The notes under the pieces: generated by a model
Told to the model about the DNA's origin: nothing
The model's database searches: none
Seen by the model: the letters and a program-made list of their open reading frames with translations, nothing else
Shown here: positions 13,701 through 27,325 of the stretch, in pieces
Layout of the letters: each line of letters starts with the position of its first letter
Numbering within the stretch: position 1 is the stretch's first letter
Made by a program: the position numbers and the translations under genes
NCBI GenBank assembly: GCA_051294905.1
Contig: CM119375.1
Location: 11,966,001-12,030,000, forward strand
Source of the DNA: Botryllus schlosseri
Taxonomy: Eukaryota
Reading direction: 5' to 3'
Length of the DNA stretch: 64,000 nt

Positions 13701-16700
13701 ATTGTCAAATTATTGAAAATTTAAAATGCCGTCGCGGGCCGCACAAAATGCTCCGGCGGGCCGCATGCGGCCCGCGGGCCGCGTGTTTGAGACCTCTGTG
13801 CTAGAGAATGCCACCCTTCCAGCAAATATACTTTTTTAAATTAGTAACTTGAGCACTTCGAAGACCTTCATTTCCTACTTCAAACTTGAAGAAGCTATGA
13901 CATGTTAGGAAGATCGCTGTTACTACTGATTGAGTAGAAATTTACGACGTTTGCTCGGCTTCTACTTGGCTACCAGCTGTACATTAATCACCTGTGTGTA
14001 TTATTGGAACGGATTTAGCGAAGGCTCACCACTAAGATCCAACGCCTCGAGTTCAACCAAGTCGCAAAATGTAGCGGGTAAGTCGGCCAGGTCGTTCGCG
14101 TGCAGTGATAAGCGGCGTAGGTGTGAGCAGTTAGCGAGCGATTCTGGTAGATGCTTTATTCGGTTGTTACCCAGCTTTAAAACCTACGAGAAATCAAGTC
14201 AGTGACCGAAAAGTAGCAATTGGTATTAATTTACGCCAGTAAACCTCCAGATCTTTCAATTCTGCTATGTTTTCCGGGAGCGTTATTGCTTTTCGGCCGT
14301 ATCGCTGTTCATAATCCAGAACCCTGAGATTTCGTAGGAAGCATATGCGTATCGGGAACGTGGCGAAACCATTGTTGCGTAGTTCCAGATGGCGTATTTC
14401 TGTGAGCTTTAAAAATATCTTTTAATTCGGCATCATTATATTTCCTGCATTGATCAGCTGCCATGGAATCGCTAACAGGTCAATGTAGGGACGGCAATGA
14501 GCTATAAAGAACACCTTCAATCATTTCGGATATTTAGCGACACCCGGTGATACATGCATTAGTATCATGCCAATTGCCCGTTGCCCACGACACTGATGCA
14601 CCAGTTATATCAAGCAAAATTATCGAAGAATGCTTCCAATGAGAGTATCACAACATGGAGTAGTCGCTGCATGTTTCACAGCAGCTCATCATGAAGATCC
14701 TCACTCACATTTTGTATTTGAAACGGCAAATTAGTGATGTGGTTGTCGTTGAAAAGAAGCTTGTTCAGAGTCGTCACGAAGCACAGCTCGATGGGAAAAT
14801 CCTTGAAGTTATTTTTGCTCAAGTCGATTTCGCGTAGTCGCTTCAAAAACCTGATTTCGCTCGGGAGGTATTGCAGTAAGTTGTTTGAAATATCCACCTC
14901 TTCAAGCTAGACATACAGAAGAAATGTCGGAATGAATGGTATAATGCAGTAATGTCTTCCACATACCTCCGTAAGATGACACAGGGCTGTAGGAAATTCG
15001 ATGAAACGATTCTTCCTCAATACAATTTTTCGCAAATATGTCAACGATATGACATCTTTGGGCAATCGGTACAATTCATTTTCACTCAGATCTATGACAT
15101 GGACTCCCACCAAGGAGCACACGGCCCTGGGCAGATTTTTCAAGTGGGTGTTGCCAATATATATCTGCAGAGGAAAATCAATATCTCGACGTTGTAATTC
15201 AACACAATTGCGGATACACGACAATCGCAGACTTCACGTAATACCTGCCTTGGGAAATGCTATGTTTATATCTGAAAAACTATCTTCGTTGCGCTTATTA
15301 TTAGCCATTATGGTACAGTATGCCGAGAAACACCGATAGGTCTAATTCTCATTAGCATACTTTTTATTTATTGAGCAGTTCCACGAACTGTTGCGTCACA
15401 GTCGAAATACTTGCCTCTTGGAGTTGATTCATTACTTTCAGTTCGATAGGGATGTCTCCTAACTCGGCATTATCCATCAAATGAAATACCGTTAACGACG
15501 ACAAATGTGATATTGATGTCGGAATTGCGTCAATGCCTCCAAGTTTGTTATTCCCAACGTACAGCTCAGTCAAACTCTCCAGACACCCTGTAACCAACAT
15601 GTGTTATTTCATCTTAGTGCGATGTACATTTCACTCATAGAGTGGTGTATAACAACTATCTATAATGATTTGAATATTGCCTACAATTAAATAAATACAG
15701 AACAAATTGCCCTTATTTCCAATCAATGATCTATAATTCTATATTCTACAGATGCAAATCAGACCTAATCAGTGTACAGAATAACATTTCACTTGTTGGG
15801 TCTCACGTTCAGAGCTTCGATTTTATAAGTCGTAAAATTTCAGGACGATTACCGACTGCCTCATTGATTTTTGTCAGTTGGTTCCCTTCGAGTCCTAATA
15901 TCTGTAGAGCTGAGCAATATTTTATTTCTTCAGGTAGGTCTGTCATTTGATTCCGATTCAATCCTAAAGATCGTAACTTTTGAAGCATGCAAATTTCACC
16001 ATCGATGCTGGTGAATTCGTTCCTGAAATCGATGTCAACAACTTCAGTTAGGTATCGGCAAAATAGACCTTTATAATATATACTTTGATCCAAGGCAGAT
16101 TCCTTGAAAAGATATGATGCAACTATATATGGTCTATGGCTGCGAGTAGACAATATAGGGGCAGTCGAGCATATTTGACACACAATTTGTAGCAGCAATA
16201 TTTACGGCACCATGCCGAATACAATTTGTATCGGAATTGGCAAGATATGATTCACATTTATCTGATTAAACTATCGCACTCTCTAGTAACATATAAAACT
16301 TTATTTTTCTGTATGACGGACGCTCTGGCATCTTACCCGCATAGAACAAGTTCTTCTAAATCCATCAGACGGTAGAGCTGCTTTGGCAATGTGCTCAGTA
16401 AATTGTCATCAAGCCGGAGCTCTCTCAAGCATTTCATCTTCTCGATTTGTCTGGGTAAACTGCGGAAGACATTGCGGACGTATACGCAGGTATATAAGAA
16501 CAAAGCAGCGTTGCACAGAACTAAATCAACTCGACAATTCATGAGAAACGCCAGTAGGCGAGATTCTATGTATTGGAATGATGCTGGCGTGCCATTTCTG
16601 AGACATCGTAACGCTTACCTCCCGATTTTATTTCGCGAAAGACCGAGTGTAATCAAATTTTTCAACTTGGTTACCGGTGTCGGAAAATAATCAAATCTGT

Positions 16701-17712
16701 TTTCGCAAAGGCCCAATATACGCAGTGAGTCCATGAAGGTTCCAATATCCTGGGGAAGGTCGCGCAGTCTGAATATATGAGATTAACGAAAAGAACGTCC
16801 CAATTACACGAATACAATACATGCAACGTACGGGAAAGATAGCGAACTCACTTGTTCCCATTTAATCCAAGAACTTCGAGTTTCCATAGGTGAACGAAAT
16901 CATCTGGCACTGATTCTATTTCGTTATTGTTGGCGAAAAAATGTACCAGCTCTTTAAGATTCGAAATTCGACTCGATAGTTTCTGAAGTTAGGCCAGAGT
17001 GAGTTTGTTGCTAGTTCATATTTCGGTCAAACATCTGTCGGTTGAATCGCATTCTTATGAAGCAAACTAGCGTATTATTTCATGTTTTAAATCCCAATCA
17101 AAACATATCTACGGAGAATGTGAGATAGAACTATAATCGTGCTATAGTTAATAAGTGGAGGCCTATAGTGGTTCTAAAGTTATTGAAACCGCGAACAACA
17201 CGACACGTAACGGAATTTATTTGTCAATACCCTGCAACAGCCTTCAAATGGCAATATGCATCAGCAAGATTTAGGTGTGGTAGCCTAGATACAGTTCATG
17301 TATATACGAACCTTTATTTTGTTGTGACTGCACTCAATGTATTGGAGGCTCGGCAACTCGCATAGTGCAGACGGAATTTCTTCGATTCTATTGTGTTTCA
17401 TGGAAATCGCGTGCAGACTTTGCAGTTTTCTGTTAAGTAATAGCCAATCACAAAGCTGTGCTGCTAAATATTTATCATTTACGAACATTTCAACGTTTTG
17501 CATTCGAGAATTTGCATACTGTGAACATCATGACGTATGATACCTAATTTGCGATGGAATCGACTTGATGTCATTGTTGTCCAGTATAATGCATTCCAAG
17601 TCATCAATTTCCCATAAAGCATCCGGTATCTTCTTCAGTCCATTATCCGATAGGTTTATAGTAAGCCACCCTCCGGGCCCCCGGAATGTCGTACTCCGCA
17701 AATCCGCCACAA
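10733..17712 (-). CDS. LRRD1: Leucine-rich repeat and death domain-containing protein 1 orthologue (5' end unresolved)
   Basis: Fourteen phase-consistent exons: 17712-17544, 17429-17312, 16982-16852, 16768-16619, 16459-16337, 16022-15853, 15587-15415, 15164-14967, 14906-14709, 14406-14245, 14183-14030, 11890-11729, 11102-10925, 10856-10733 (~735 codons). They encode ~23-aa LxxLxLxxNxLxxLP repeats, including the atypical DYEQRYGRKAITLP repeat. After GNPVNNPPRE comes a death domain ending ..FWRRVNKDLTAVEAQNKFIHALDLVDLPKIISQLLAMRIYAKALKL*, which matches my recollection of the vertebrate LRRD1 C-terminus. A possible upstream exon lies at ~18094-18043. Confidence 0.88.
12583..13798. mobile_element. 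hAT-type MITE family C (TIR CAGAGGTCTCAAAC) in LRRD1 intron 11
   Basis: cagaggtctcaaac at 12583 and gtttgagacctctg ending 13798. Charlie-like gcggcccgcgggccgc subterminal motif. Near-TSD tgctagac/tgctagag. A truncated copy lies at ~22425-22650. Confidence 0.85.
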
Positions 17713-19335
17713 CTGTCATTACATTATAAATGTGATATAAAATATATTATTCCCTTGAAAAACAAATTCATGCCCCATTAGTCCTATGATACAGATTAGC
17801 TAAAGTAGACTCACTATCTCATAGTAGCCCACCCTTATTGAAGAGTGTCATAGTATAGGCTATTACCAGGTGACTAGCCCACTATTGCCACAAGATGCGG
17901 TGCAAAACATCAAACCATTTTCATGGTCCAAGATTCAATTGTGTAAATGTTTCCACTCTCACACGATACATTACAAAGTTGATCAACGATCAAATACATA
18001 TACACGCAGAAATCCAAAACAATTGACTACGGAAACTGCATACGAGATGAGGCTTCTTTAGTGGTATCGTATATCTCGTTGTTGGATGACACCTCTAAAT
18101 GACATACCAAACTAATGGTATGCTTAGGCTAGCGTATTCCATAAATATAAATGAGGCCGCTGGGAAGCAGGTAAACATATCAACATCTACTCGATACGAC
18201 GTTGCACCACCAATTTTATGTCTTCAATTTGCTCTATCATGCCTTTCAATAGCATAAATGGTATGCTATTTGAATCGTCACTGCTACACTGCTACACTTC
18301 TTCCCGAATTTAAGCTAAACCTTTGCGGGCTGTTATTTCTGAAGTTGGATATATCTAACATCCATCCGCGTATGCTACTATGCGACGCAATATTGTTATG
18401 TAGACGGTTATTTCTTTGATACATCTGGCTCGGGCGGATCATCAAATAACTTGAATAAATCGCCTGGTATGAATGGTATAATGTAGCAATCCATTGTCGC
18501 CTGAATAAAAGCAATCCAGTCTATTATTTACTTAACAAGATCCCCCTATTATAATAGCTAACATTACCCAAGCCTCAGCAAACATGACTCTGCGCTAAGC
18601 CTATTGTGGCCTATTGACTCGCGATCATTCATCTTCAGCACCGCATATTTACGGTCACAAAAGCAAAATATCCCACAATACCATGTGAAATATTTCGTCG
18701 TGTATATGGAAAGATAATAATTGAAGTTAAGTTAGCATACATTACCATAAGTATCTCGTAAACACTGATCAACGAGTATAGCTGTTATAGAGCTTGGTTA
18801 AATCGAGTAGCATGGCGATTCGATTCCGACTCCAGCATTTGAGTATCACCTATGATTTGATGACATTCTAACTTAACGCGATAAATTACTTGTAACGTTC
18901 AACTATGCATCTTTTTTCTGTGGCCACGGGGAAAATAATGCCGGTTACACGTCATCAAAAATAATAATTTATATCTTCACCATGAGTATTCCAGAGCGCT
19001 TTGCGACAATACTGTCGGTCGACCACTACTTTACAGAAATGTTGCTTACATGGATATTCTTAGGTCTTTAATTTACGGCATATGCTTTGGATACTTTGCT
19101 TATAGTTATGAGTTATGACTAGTGTCATCAAGATGATTTGAGTGCTCGAATAGGAATCGGTTACGACAGTAATAATTAGAATCGAAAATATGAGAAACGG
19201 TTCTGTTATACTTTTGTTGCTTTCATTTCAACGCCGAAGCCCTAAAATCTCATTCGACCAAATCACAGAATACAGAACATGAAGTACAAGACTTATTACA
19301 CGCGTTCATAGAAATGACATTTGTGTGAGTTAGGT

Positions 19336-19338
<3 letters not shown>

Positions 19339-19369
<31 letters not shown>

Positions 19370-19635
19370 AGAGAGGGGGGAAAGAGAGAGAGAGAGAGAT
19401 GATATTCATTCTTCCCTGCACCGTCGAGATGCTTTGACGACGGAGATGCGATACGACCGCAATGTGATCTAGTCTGCAGCCCCGTTTTTCTCCTCCATGC
19501 TATGCGTGGATGCTGAGCGCCTGGCAGGATAGCCGCGCGGACACCAGTTTTCGAGTATATGATCTAAGCCAGCCGGGGATTCAACCCAGGATATACGGAA
19601 CAAGAAGCCGGACGCATCACTATCTCGACCGCGAT
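19339..19635 (-). mobile_element. Probable tRNA-derived SINE with a (TC)n 3' tail
   Basis: On the minus strand: A-box-like region ~19635-19620, B-box-like GGGTTGAATCCCC (19587-19575), ~180 nt body, then a (TC)n microsatellite at 19399-19339. Confidence 0.55.
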
Positions 19636-19824
19636 CATTGTCACAAAGCGATATAGGTATGGTTCAAAATTACTTTTCTTTAATGTGCTGCAACTGACAT
19701 TACTATCAGTTCATATCTGAAATTTAGAATCCAGAGTACTTGATCCGACATCGAATGACTTAGGTATGCTCGAGTTCTATCAGCCGTACAATTGAGATTT
19801 TGAGGCTCCGACGATGAGACGGTG

Positions 19825-20495
19825 TACTAGGGCTCTTTAAAAATGACTTTTTTTCCCAAATCGTACTGGCTACTTGATAAAATTGTTAGGTTACCTAATT
19901 TAAGCCTACACACAAAATTTGGTTCAATTCCAGCCAATAACCGCTTTGCTACAGGAGAAGAGAGTTTCTATTTATTGTATAAAAATAAATAATAAAAAAT
20001 TTGAAAATTTTCTGTTCACCCCATGAAAGTGTTAGTCTGTCTATAGAAACGATCCTCACCAAATTTAGTTCAATTCCAACCAGTGGAAGTAGAGTTATTG
20101 CCGTCGAAAAATTTTGATTTGAATAAAATAGTATTTACGGTGTGCACAACTATAATAAATAAACAAAGAATCGGTCACCGTAAATACTATTTTATTCAAA
20201 TCCAAATTTTTCGATGGCAATAACTCCGCTTCCACTGGTTGGAATTGAACCAAATTTGGTGAACATTGTTCCTATAGACAGCCTAACACTTTCGTGGGGT
20301 GAACAGAAAATTTTCAAATTTTTTATTATTCATTTTTATACAATAAATAGAAACTCTCTTCTCCTGTAGCAAAGCGGTTACTGGCTGGAATTGAACCAAA
20401 TTTTGTGTGTAGGCTTAAATTAGGTAACCAAACAATTTTATCAAGTAGCCAGTACGATTTGAGAAAAAATTTCATTTTTGAAGAGCCATACTGTA
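19825..20495. mobile_element. Near-perfect ~670 bp palindromic MITE, Tc1/mariner-like ends
   Basis: 19825-~20135 is the reverse complement of ~20177-20495 (e.g. aaatcgtactggctacttgataaaattgtt / aacaattttatcaagtagccagtacgattt), with a ~35-40 bp loop. The right end reads gccatactgta. Confidence 0.9.
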
Positions 20496-21486
20496 CAAAC
20501 TATATGTCATCAGCCCAAGCTTTGTCAACAAAAGGAGTTCGTGTACAATCTTAAAATAGTACATTGAACGCTCTCTTATTCGGGATCTTATTTTATGTTG
20601 GTGACGTCAAATTTCGAGAAACGATTGTTGATATACAATGATCTTTCCAATTCTCTACTATAGTTGCTGACGATTACCCCTGACGAGTGTCAGCCGAAAA
20701 TATACGGGTTCATTGCAATATGAATATACTATTTAATTGTATATGAAGTTCTATACCTTCAAGAAGCTCTTCTAATTTCAGTAAATAACTGATTTTTACT
20801 GAGCGCATCGAGTACCGGCATTGGTTCCCAACGTTTATGGTGGCGTACTCCTTGCCGGAACCCCTAACTCCTTCAATTGACGCAAACACAGGATTTTGCA
20901 AAATCACGCATTGAACGGCAACGAACGCCCTTAGCATGCAAAATGCAACTTTCATGATCGGACCATATGGTATTAAAGGGGCACTGCGTTCTGTATCGTG
21001 CCACTAATTTTGCAACGGCTGAAGCAGAGAAGACGCGCGGTCATGACACTATACAGATTTATTTATGTAGTGAAAGTGCGATGGGGATGTTTTTAATACT
21101 CTTTTCGCTGCAGTGCCATTACGGTGGCTTTCTGAAGAAGATTTCTTAAAATCTTCAATTTGAGACCACATCATATTTAGAGCCCAGTGACAACTCGTCT
21201 ACCTAGGCTACTTATTGGCCACAGCGGTGAACTTGATGAAGATGTAATGTACCTATACAGTACAGTACACTATTCCCTGCATAGTGTTCTGTAGACATTG
21301 GCGTAACCAACCAGAGATTGCTCGAAACGCTAGCTGTATTTTTTATCAATCAAGAGAAGCATCACGACCCGTTGTTTCCCAAATAGTATATCGGAAAATC
21401 CACAGAGACGAATTACGGAAACAAATATACCTGCTTGTAGAATTACAAGCTACAACCCGGATGCTCGAATTGCTCTAATAACGCTA

Positions 21487-21610
21487 ATAGCCAAGCCATG
21501 TTATTTTTGGCATCTCCGGAACCAAATGCCAAAACTGCAAAAATAAAAATTGTAAAATGCCAAAAATAAGCTATTTTTGGTGTTTTGGCATATACCAAAA
21601 TATAGATTTT
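21487..21610 (+). repeat. Short MITE with TTTTGGCAT/ATGCCAAAA arrays (left part); the right part of the same element type is at 23300-23396
   Basis: tagccaagccatgttatttttggcat at 21487 is the inverse of atgccaaaagtaacacggcctggcta at ~23368-23393. The internal atgccaaaactgc.aaaataaaa is shared in direct orientation. Confidence 0.7.
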
Positions 21611-22424
21611 TATGAACGTTTTAGATAGAAATGTCAACAAGTATTGAAATGAGTCTGCATGGAGCGACAAAACAAGTGTGTAACGCTAAATTTCTAAATT
21701 GAGGCCCGTAAACCCTTCGTTAGGCCGCGGTCAACCGTCCAAGGATCTATGTAATGAGAATGAAAATCTTAGCGTCAAGGCAAAATAGTCGAGTACTAAA
21801 ATCTGAATTAACGATATACTGTTGTTTAATCAACCCGGGTAGTAAATGATATCTAGGAATTAGAAAAATGGTTTCCAGTGAACTCGGCCCTTGGTGAATT
21901 CGGCCCTTCGAAATTTTTTTATTAAAATATATTACCAACTATTATTATGGTTTAATTAAACTAAAAATATTATGATCAAATGATTTGTCAATATCGGTGT
22001 AGCTCAATATCAAGGAATTTTCCTGCTGTCACCTCTCGTGCATTTTTGTTACATCATGAAGCCGATACGCGCGACCCATGCCGCATTTAATTCCACGCGA
22101 ATATAATTCCATTTACTTTCAACTTGTTAATGAAAATGTGAGCATATCGTGTGCAAGCACGTGCACTCTCGTTGGACAATAGCAGGGTTACCGAACGTTC
22201 TCCTTTAGGAGGATTTGTCCACATTTTAGAAGAAATGTCCCCCTTCGCCCAAATGTTTTTTAGCCAATACCGTATCGTTAAAAACTGGGTAATTCGGGAG
22301 TCCAGTCAAAGTGATGACCTTTTTATAGTCAACACAACAAGATTTCCAGTAAATATTTCGAAATCAGTTGTTTTTAATTTCGGTAAACTAACTTTCCCGA
22401 TTCCAAAATATGATAACCCTAGAC

Positions 22425-22650
22425 CAGAGGTCTCAAACTCAAATATGCTCGCGGGCCAATTTTCTGGTTTTTGATGACTTCGCGTGCCGCAGCACCAATA
22501 ACAGGGGTATTTAATGTATTTCCAAGTACACCTTATTGAACCTTGCAGACTGGCATTCCATACAAACATCGGGGAAATGTGATTTACTATTGTCAATTAA
22601 CGCCTGGCACGAAAAAATCACATTTGTAACTATTTGAGTAAATTTTCTGA
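22425..22650 (+). mobile_element. Truncated copy of MITE family C
   Basis: cagaggtctcaaactcaaatatgctcgcgggcca, colinear with 12583-12810. Confidence 0.8.
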
Positions 22651-24050
22651 TGTAGGGGAGATGTAGTACCGATGGATCAAAAATTGCAAAATGATCTCTG
22701 GCCCTGAAATCTTCAGCCGAGAATAGCAGATCTTTTGCTGTCTCAACACTCTGCTACAAGCTCTACCTATCGCAGACATTTACATGAATATTCGCCTTTT
22801 CAAAAAATATTTATAAACGTTTAAAATTTGTTGCTCGAACGTGTCATCGGTCCCCACCCGGTGGGTCCAAAGGCACACGACCATGGGACCTATGAGACAT
22901 ACGCTCAAAAACTCAAATTTGTTAACTTGTTTTGTTGTGTACTATAAGCTAAGCTACAGCAAGCCAATGAAGAATGTTTCGTCGCGACCTTCAAGAATAA
23001 AATAGATTATATCAACTCAAATGTTGGCATACTGGTATTGTGATCTGTGTGAATGCAGGTAATTATTTATATGCAAATCAAATCGCTATTCGCATTAGAT
23101 ATTGCAGAAGCGGTCGATCGGTTTTGTATTGGGTGAATTGACTTTCCAACGCCGCTGTCAATTCGGTTTTTACTTCCGCTGTTTGATGACACCAAGTGGA
23201 TACTGCACGCTTTGCGACTTTCTTTTGATATGATATTACACTATACACTGTATACTGTACAGCGTTTTACATCGTTAATTCGAGTATACAAATATGAATT
23301 TCTGGCGATGCCAAAACTGCCAAAAATAAAATCTGAAAAATGCCAGAAATACGCTATTTTTGGCATATGCCAAAAGTAACACGGCCTGGCTAATAGCGCA
23401 ACCCCTTTCTTCAATTCCACACCTTACACCACTGCAAATGAAGTGATGACTTTTATTCTTGTAAATTCCTTCTCTCTTATAATACGACGGTACCAATTGT
23501 CCGATTTCCTTGTTCTATTTCAAATGACGCTAGCAAACCAGATTGCAGTGTTTATTTGGAACTCTTACGTCATGTATATGCGCATGTGTCTTTGAGATAT
23601 ATATATCACAATCTACATGGGATTTGCCATATAAACAGTAAGTTTTAGTACACTGTAAAATCAAGATCAAAATCATCCCAATAGCAGATACATCGAGTGT
23701 TAATAACATTATTAAAACTGAATTGACTTGTTCCGTTTCTCATATATCGTAAAACCAGACCTGTTAAGATTATATAATTATTTATAAAGTAAGACTTGAG
23801 TGCGTAACGTAACATAGTATCAGCAAGAGCTATAGCCTACATTAATGGCTATGTGTTAGTCTGTAATGGCAGGTAACATACATACGGTAGAGTTATATAT
23901 AAATGTGAAATGTATTGTATATAGGTAATGATTATATCTGTTGGTAAGACAATGACTGTGTCGATGGCGTACATTTGGCGTATGTTTGTGAAACTAAAAG
24001 GACTGTAGACCTATATAATACAATATTCGGGCATCGCGGAGTTCCATTCT

Positions 24051-27000
24051 TTAGTTATCTTCATCAATCAGTTTCAGCAGCATCTTTTCATATCCACCGC
24101 TAGTCTCTTTCTGTTAAGAGACAATATAAATTGTCAGCGGAGCTACGTTGAGGGAATCAGTTTCTAATGCGATGTGATCGTCAGCGATATTGCAGCATTA
24201 CAGGATTCTATAATAGTGGAGCTTATTGCTCATGACCTGAATCTTCTCGATCAGCAGCATGATATTCAGTCGTAACTCGCACACTGCGACCTACCTCGAT
24301 TTTCTGTGCTAGAGGAACTTGATATTTTTTAGCAAATTCTTCCTTGATATCGATCATATCGATTTCGCTTCTCGTGGTCAAAATGTAGATCAGCTGGTTG
24401 TCCTCGGTTCCCATGCCCTGTTAATTTGTTTAATTGCTGATTGTAAAAGCGTATTGGTATTGAATAGTCCTTACCTTCATCGCTTCGTACAGCTGTGTTG
24501 CGTAGTAAACAGGAGGAATGTATACAGAGAAGCGAACTAAGGTAACAAAGATAAAACAAAGATTAGAACGGAATATATTCAATCAAAGCTTATGTCGCAT
24601 ATATACGCAAAACTTGATGTGAAGTCAAAGGACATGGTACATTTGAAGATCTTTGGAGGTGGTCTACAGAGACAATTGAAAAATTATGAAGTGGGTGATA
24701 AGTTCAGTTTTGCTCGTGTTATGATGTTAGCAAAATATCCATCAATATGCATGATGCACTTATGCAGATGCGCCGAATTCAGAATTTGTCGATGTGACGT
24801 AATTGAGACGTTTAAACATGCTCGTGAACGGCACAATCCTCGGATAACAGTCCGGAAAGAAATTTTATTACAAAGCAACCGGAAACCAACACATCAATAA
24901 TGAAATATTCGCCCCTGGTCATTAAACAGGAGTCCGATTATTATTTATCATTTTTACGGCATGGGGCGAGATCCCCTATACATTTTGAGCAAAACTTCAA
25001 GAGGTAGACCACGAAATATATTCAAATAGGAAAGTGGCCACGACTACAAAAGGCTAAGCGCCACTGCTTGCTCAAAAGTCGATCCAACCGCACCAACGAA
25101 GATCACCAGAAGTAAGAGTTTAAAACGACGACAACAACATAGTCCTAATTTAGAATTCGTCTCTTTTCCCGAAGATCGTACCCAGTGTCTTGAGTCCTTT
25201 CTTCAAATTCCCCTTCGATTCTTGGTCGATCGTGTCAAGGAGATTGTCTTGCGACACCTTGGGCCAGCTCTCGTTAAAGAGGTACCACAGATGTTCAAAG
25301 CTCCGTTCCGTGAATACCTCCAGGAATTTTGGATTCGACGGATCCCAATTCTTCACCGACATCTGTGCCAGTGCCTGTCAAAGTCGAATTATACAGTAAC
25401 TGCTTACTGGTCAAGTCACTGATAGTCACTGATCTTAGACCTATATATAGTGTCCTTGTTCCATCATAGGATGCAATCACTACTCTCTAAAGTGGATAAC
25501 AATCCATTCGAATATGCCCGTTTACGAAGTATTTAATAATCGACTTCAAACTATAGTCAATATCGATGCACCATGGTCGTACCATCGCGTCCGCGTCTGC
25601 CAAGTTTGCTACCACGGTTCCGTTGTCGACCGGTCTGTTAGCTTTCAAAACCGCCAGCAGAAATTTCTTGAAATCCCCAGATGTTTCGCTAGCGATGTCG
25701 TCCTCCAGATCTCTTTGGAACTCTGAAATATTGTTACGTATATACAGAGGGGTCAGAACCGAAGTCCTACTTATTCTGAGTACTCAAGTAGGTTTTGCCT
25801 ATCTGTACTATTTACTCAAGCGGATATGTTATTACACTACTTAACAGTTTGTTACACAGGACTACTTACTTTTACACTTTGTAATTTGCAAAAGTATAAA
25901 GCAGTTTTGCATCCCTTGTATGGGTGAAATTGAAAAATTGAAATAACGACCGGGTTAAACAGCCTTGTATTACGGCCATATGTTTGAAAATTGCACCTAT
26001 ATTTGTAGTGTCATTGTTCACTTTTCCTTAGTCGTGAAGATTCGCCCTGCAATTTTGGATGTGGCCACCTCCGATAAACTGCTAAAAGTACTTGAGTACT
26101 TCTCAGATGTTCATTATCCGCTTCTAGACGTAGTAGAGTTGACATGTAGTTGAGATTGCTACTTCTATACTTGTAATTAGGATGAATTTACGGCATTAGC
26201 TTTATTCTATACTTTAGTCGCAACTCTTGACTACTTTGACCACCTAAGCATATATAATCATAATTACAATGTGTCTACGTGCATTTGCGAACTTAGTAAC
26301 ATCTGCATTATGTACCTGCCGTATAAATCACTTTGATCAACTCTATGTACCTGCCGTATAAGTCACTTTGATCAACTCTATCTCGCGACTGCTCTGCGTG
26401 CACAAGATCTCGATAAGCGTGGCTTCGTCGGTCCCCATGCCTTTGAGAGCTTTACGCAAAGCGTTGGCGTCCATCTCGCTCCTGTTCCACATCAAATGCA
26501 ATGCAGTCGATTTCACGTCTCCGCTAAGTTTATCCTTCAAGTCTTCGGTGAGTTCCTACACGATGACAGTGAGTTTTCTGCGTTGACTTACGCTCCGAAA
26601 CTGATTTCAATTCAGTGCAACAACAAATGGCCCTTGCTTACCTTGCCGAATTTGTTGATGTATGAAGCTGCGATGGCGATCCTTTGAGCCTTCGTGCGTC
26701 GCGGGAGGATGTTGATTACTGCCTCATCATCGACCACTGTTGCAGATGATATTGATATTAAACTATGATGATAATAATTAGTATAGCAGGGGTTGATCTC
26801 TATAGGAATAGTATTTACTTCTCGTGGAACGCGTTGGTTGATTGTTTCTACGATATCAAATAGGTTATAGCTAGAGCATACTAACTTCGAACGTATTTTC
26901 TGATGCGTATAACTTAACGGGTATGAGGAGTGAGGACTGTTTACAATTTACAACGCTACACCTGACATGACGAATAGACATCATTTCTCTTGCAGCTTTG

Positions 27001-27325
27001 TTTTACTCAAGTTTGTGGTCAATTAATTGCCGGTGTACATTTTTACGATTTGTTTCATGAGGTATTTTTTTTCTAAGTTTAGCGACCAATCGACCCGTGC
27101 TTGGGTCAAATTCGACTTACTTGTTCAACAGTTCAGTTAGAAGACTTAGGTGGAAATTTGATTGAGGGATCGCACAATCGGCGCACAGCCCGCAAATGCG
27201 CCACGCTCCTACTTACGGAATTTGTCCAATCCCTTGTGTATTTTTTCAGCGTCGCCTGACGGGTCGAACGGCTGCACTGGTTGAACTGTCCCGCCCTTTA
27301 CTTTCCATGTAACTGACACCACGCC
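24051..27325 (-). other. Annexin core domain of the fusion gene (8 exons, 4 repeats)
   Basis: [22 protein letters not shown]...; KGMGTDE; [16 protein letters not shown]; [17 protein letters not shown]; [12 protein letters not shown]. Confidence 0.95.

Noticed and set aside
19575-19635. Functional tRNA gene
   Set aside because: Only a B-box-like motif is present and no full cloverleaf could be built, so it is better explained as a SINE head.
24051-27325. Annexin as an independent ANXA13-like gene with a myristoylated MG start
   Set aside because: No convincing ATG|gt micro-exon was found between 27325 and 29806. The in-frame join to the stop-less IF explains both loose ends, though a minor independent promoter is not excluded.
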